NCBI GenBank assembly: GCA_038087875.1
Contig: CM075995.1
Coordinates: 1 to 64,000 of the forward strand
DNA: 64,000 nucleotides
Direction of reading: 5' to 3'
Origin: Malacoraja senta
Taxonomy: Eukaryota
The notes under the pieces are model-generated. The model saw nothing but the letters and a program-made list of their open reading frames with translations, was not told the origin of the DNA and did not search any database. Each line of letters opens with the position of its first letter. Position 1 is the first letter of the stretch. Of the stretch, positions 61,055 through 64,000 are shown one piece after another. The translations under genes were made by a program, and so were the position numbers.

Positions 61055-62150
61055 AGACAAAGTGCTGAAGTAACTCACTGGGTCATGTAGCATCTCTGGA
61101 GAAAAGGAATTGGTGATGTTTCGGGTTAGAACTCTTCTTCAGACTGAAGGTGGGGGCGGTGTGGGTGAGAAAAGACCAATCAGGGCAGGTCACAAATGAC
61201 CTCAGGAAGGGCAGTGCCTGGTAGATTCATTGTTGGCGAGGGAAGGTGTGATCTTAAGAGAGAAACAATGTGGAGAACTGTGGATCTAGTAAAACTACTA
61301 GGGTGGGAGGGGAGTAAAAGTGGAAGTTACCTAAAATTAGATAATTCAGTGCTCATACCACTGGTTTGTAAACTACCCAAGCGAAATATGAGGTGCTGGT
61401 CCTCCAATTTATGTGTGGTCTCGCTGGCAATGGAGGTGGCCCAGGATAAAAAGGTAAGTGTGGGTAGACACAAAAAGCTGGATGGAGTAACTCAGCAGGT
61501 CAGACAGCATCTCTGACGAAAAGGAATAGGTGACGTTTCGGGTCGAGACCCCTCTTCAGACTGAGGTCAGGGTAGGAATGGGAAGGGTAGTTGAATTTGT
61601 TGGCAACCGGGAGATCCCACAGGCCTTGGCGAACCGAGCGTAAGTGTTCAGCAAAACAGTCGCCGAGTCTACATTTGGTCTCATCGATGTACAGGAAGGA
61701 GCCCACATCGGATGCAGTGAATGAGGTTAGAGGATGTACATGTGAACCGTTGTCTCACCTGAAAGGACTGTCGGTGTCCCTGAATGGAGTCGAGGGAGGA
61801 GATATAAGGATAGGTGTTGCATCTCCTGTGGTTGCAGGGTTAATTAAGTACCTGGGAGGCTGTGGTTTGGGTGGGAAGGGATGAGTGAACCAAAGAGTTG
61901 CAGAGGGAGCAGTCTGCATGGTGGAAATGGGAAGATATGATTAGTGGTGGGATTCCTTAGGAATTGACAGAAATGTCAGAGGATAATGTATTGGATGCGG
62001 AGGCTGGTGGGGTGAAAGGCGAAGACTAGGAACGCTATCCTTGTTGCTTCTTGGGGGGGTGAGAGGAGTGCGAGCACAACTACGAGACACACGTATGAGG
62101 GCCTTATCTATGACAGAAGTGGAGAACCCACATTTCCTGAAGAATGAGGA
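61055..62150 (-). mobile_element. Penelope-like element 3' region with GIY-YIG remnant and two pLTR units
   Basis: LYIDETKCRLGDCFAEHLRSV..PVANKFN; hammerhead-like cores at about 61116-61143 and 61533-61559. Confidence 0.8.
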
Positions 62151-62154
62151 CACA

Positions 62155-62490
62155 CTTCTTTCCCCCTTCCTCCCCCCTCTTTCCTGTCTTGTTCTTGGTC
62201 CTCCAAAATATTCCAAATGGAATTTAAACTGGAGGTGGTGGAGGGAGGACTTAAGCCAGAAAGGGTTTTTGGGAAGAAAGAGCTACCTTAAATTTAGTTG
62301 CATCTGGTTGGGTAACTATAGTAGGGTGGAGATTATTCCATGCTTTAATTGTGCGGGGGAAGAATGAATTGCTGTACACATCTGTCTTGGTAGCTGGAAT
62401 CATAAATTGGATCGAATGCCCTCGTCTGCTCCTAATTGGTTTGGGTTTGGTGTAGGTCTTGTAATCTATGTCGAGCTGACCATTTAACAA
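62155..62490 (-). mobile_element. CR1-group (Crack/Daphne-like) LINE 3' end
   Basis: RSRRGHS..YSNSFFPRTIKAWNNL..KFK. Confidence 0.65.
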
Positions 62491-63259
62491 CAAATTCCCA
62501 CCTGATTTGCACCCATTTCTCCCTTTCCCCCTCCCGTCCCTTTGGCAGAGAATCCGGAAGGTTTTTAAGGGTTCCTGTGCCTTTTTTTTTCCATTTATGT
62601 TCTGAATTTTAATGTGAAGAGAATTTAATGACATGCTGAATGCATCGGTATACATCTACAGTTTTACACAATTTAAGGATATTTCACCCAATGAATTTAG
62701 TGGGGTATGCACTATTTCTGGAGGACATGGATTAAAAAATGTTTTGGATTGGGACCCTTCATGGAATGTCACCTATCCATGTCGTCTGAAAAACAGTCCC
62801 AACCAGAAACGTCACCCACCCAGGTCTTGGCTAGTCCTCCAGAGAGGCTGGCCTGATGTGCTGAGTTACTCCAGCACTTTGTCTTTTTTTGTAAATCTGA
62901 AGTTCCTTGTGTCTACACCAATGAATCCTGGTTGCTAGAGTTTAAGGCGTTGCATTTCAGTTCTGCATATCTTTAAAATAAATAATTTATTGTGGTATAT
63001 TGCTCAAAATGCTGGGATTTAGATAATGCCCATAAGAAAATTGTTACACAAACTAGAATGCTAGACCAAATACTAGTTAAGTGAATTTAGATATTTTCAT
63101 TTGCTTGATATATAGAATTGATACTATATCAAATACATCTGAATTATTATTATTAATATTATTTGAATAAGCTATTTTGGAACAAAATTAAATCGAATTC
63201 ACGAATTTGCTTAATGGTTCAACTAAACTTTAAGATTGCAGGAATGATTTGTTTACTGA

Positions 63260-63393
63260 TCTGAAGAAGGGTCTCGACCCGAAACGTCACCTACTCGTCT
63301 GTCTGAAGAAGAGTCTCGACCCGAAACGTCCTATTCCTTTTCTCCATAAGGTGCTGCCTCACCCGCTGAGTTTCTCCAGCATTTTTTGTCTAC
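63260..63393 (+). mobile_element. Penelope pLTR-derived unit with two tandem hammerhead-like cores
   Basis: Cores at 63261-63288 and 63303-63330; flanking direct repeat atttgttt(a/g)ctga at 63247-63259 and 63394-63406. Confidence 0.75.
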
Positions 63394-63949
63394 ATTTGTT
63401 TGCTGAAGACCTTTAACACTGCTACAGTTCAAGGGCAATTTTATGTGCTATGATGGGAGTATAGTAACATGGTTGATTGATTCTAGACTAAATACATGAA
63501 TGGTAGTATGTACATCTCAATCTTCATATGCCTAGAAAATGAAAGATAGCCTGATTTTAATTGTTAACCTCATTGTCTGGTTAACAAACATCACAAGTGA
63601 AAGGTTTTGTACGCTGAATCAAACTAATTTTACTTTATAGTTGATAGCAAGTTAAAATTATTTGGAATGTAGCAATTACGTGGGAGAACATTTTAAGTAA
63701 CTATAACAAAACTGGTAGCTGATTTCCATTTTTTTTTGGTATTAACTTTTTAATGTCCAGAGGCAACCAAATTGGTATTTCTTAAGCACATGGAGTTTGT
63801 CTATCTTGATGATAATAAAGCACAAGGAAGCATAAAAATGGGCAAGCTGATTTATTTAATAACTTCCATGAATAACTAGAAATTTCAACTGGAAATGTGC
63901 AAATACATTGAAAGAAACAAAGCAGCAATCCTGTGCTAAAACTACTTAC

Positions 63950-64000
63950 CTCGCCTGCGAAAAAAACTTTTCCTTGTATATCTTCAGCAATTATATCATA
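63950..64000 (-). CDS. KDM1B: KDM1B penultimate coding exon (partial, cut by window edge)
   Basis: YDIIAEDIQGKVFFAGE followed by donor gtaagt; joins the last exon in frame (FAGE-ATNRH). Confidence 0.95.

Overview
Eukaryotic, vertebrate genomic DNA, most likely from a cartilaginous fish (skate/ray/shark). This is inferred from the repeat landscape: abundant CR1, tRNA-derived SINEs and Penelope pLTR units. Positions 1-35 kb are intergenic and made mostly of nested transposons: CR1, Rex1/Babar, L1, L2, RTE, Vingi/ingi, Penelope, Tc1, a Harbinger-like MITE and SINEs. A CpG-island promoter at about 35.1-35.8 kb drives a complete DEK gene on the + strand (one putative non-coding exon plus 10 coding exons, 41097-58497, 368 aa). 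DEK lies tail-to-tail with the last two exons of KDM1B/LSD2 on the - strand. The most notable non-genic signals are: (1) HDV-like ribozyme folds exactly at the 5' ends of a Vingi LINE (30661-30745) and of a 124-bp TSD-flanked short element (3721-3844); (2) about 15-20 minimal hammerhead-like motifs in Penelope-derived units, including a tandem pair; (3) a near-intact L1 flanked by a 776-bp near-perfect direct repeat inside a four-level nested insertion. These ribozyme classes are known from other retroelements, so I found no evidence of a wholly new system. Most TE boundaries are approximate; exon, TSD and ribozyme coordinates were counted base by base.
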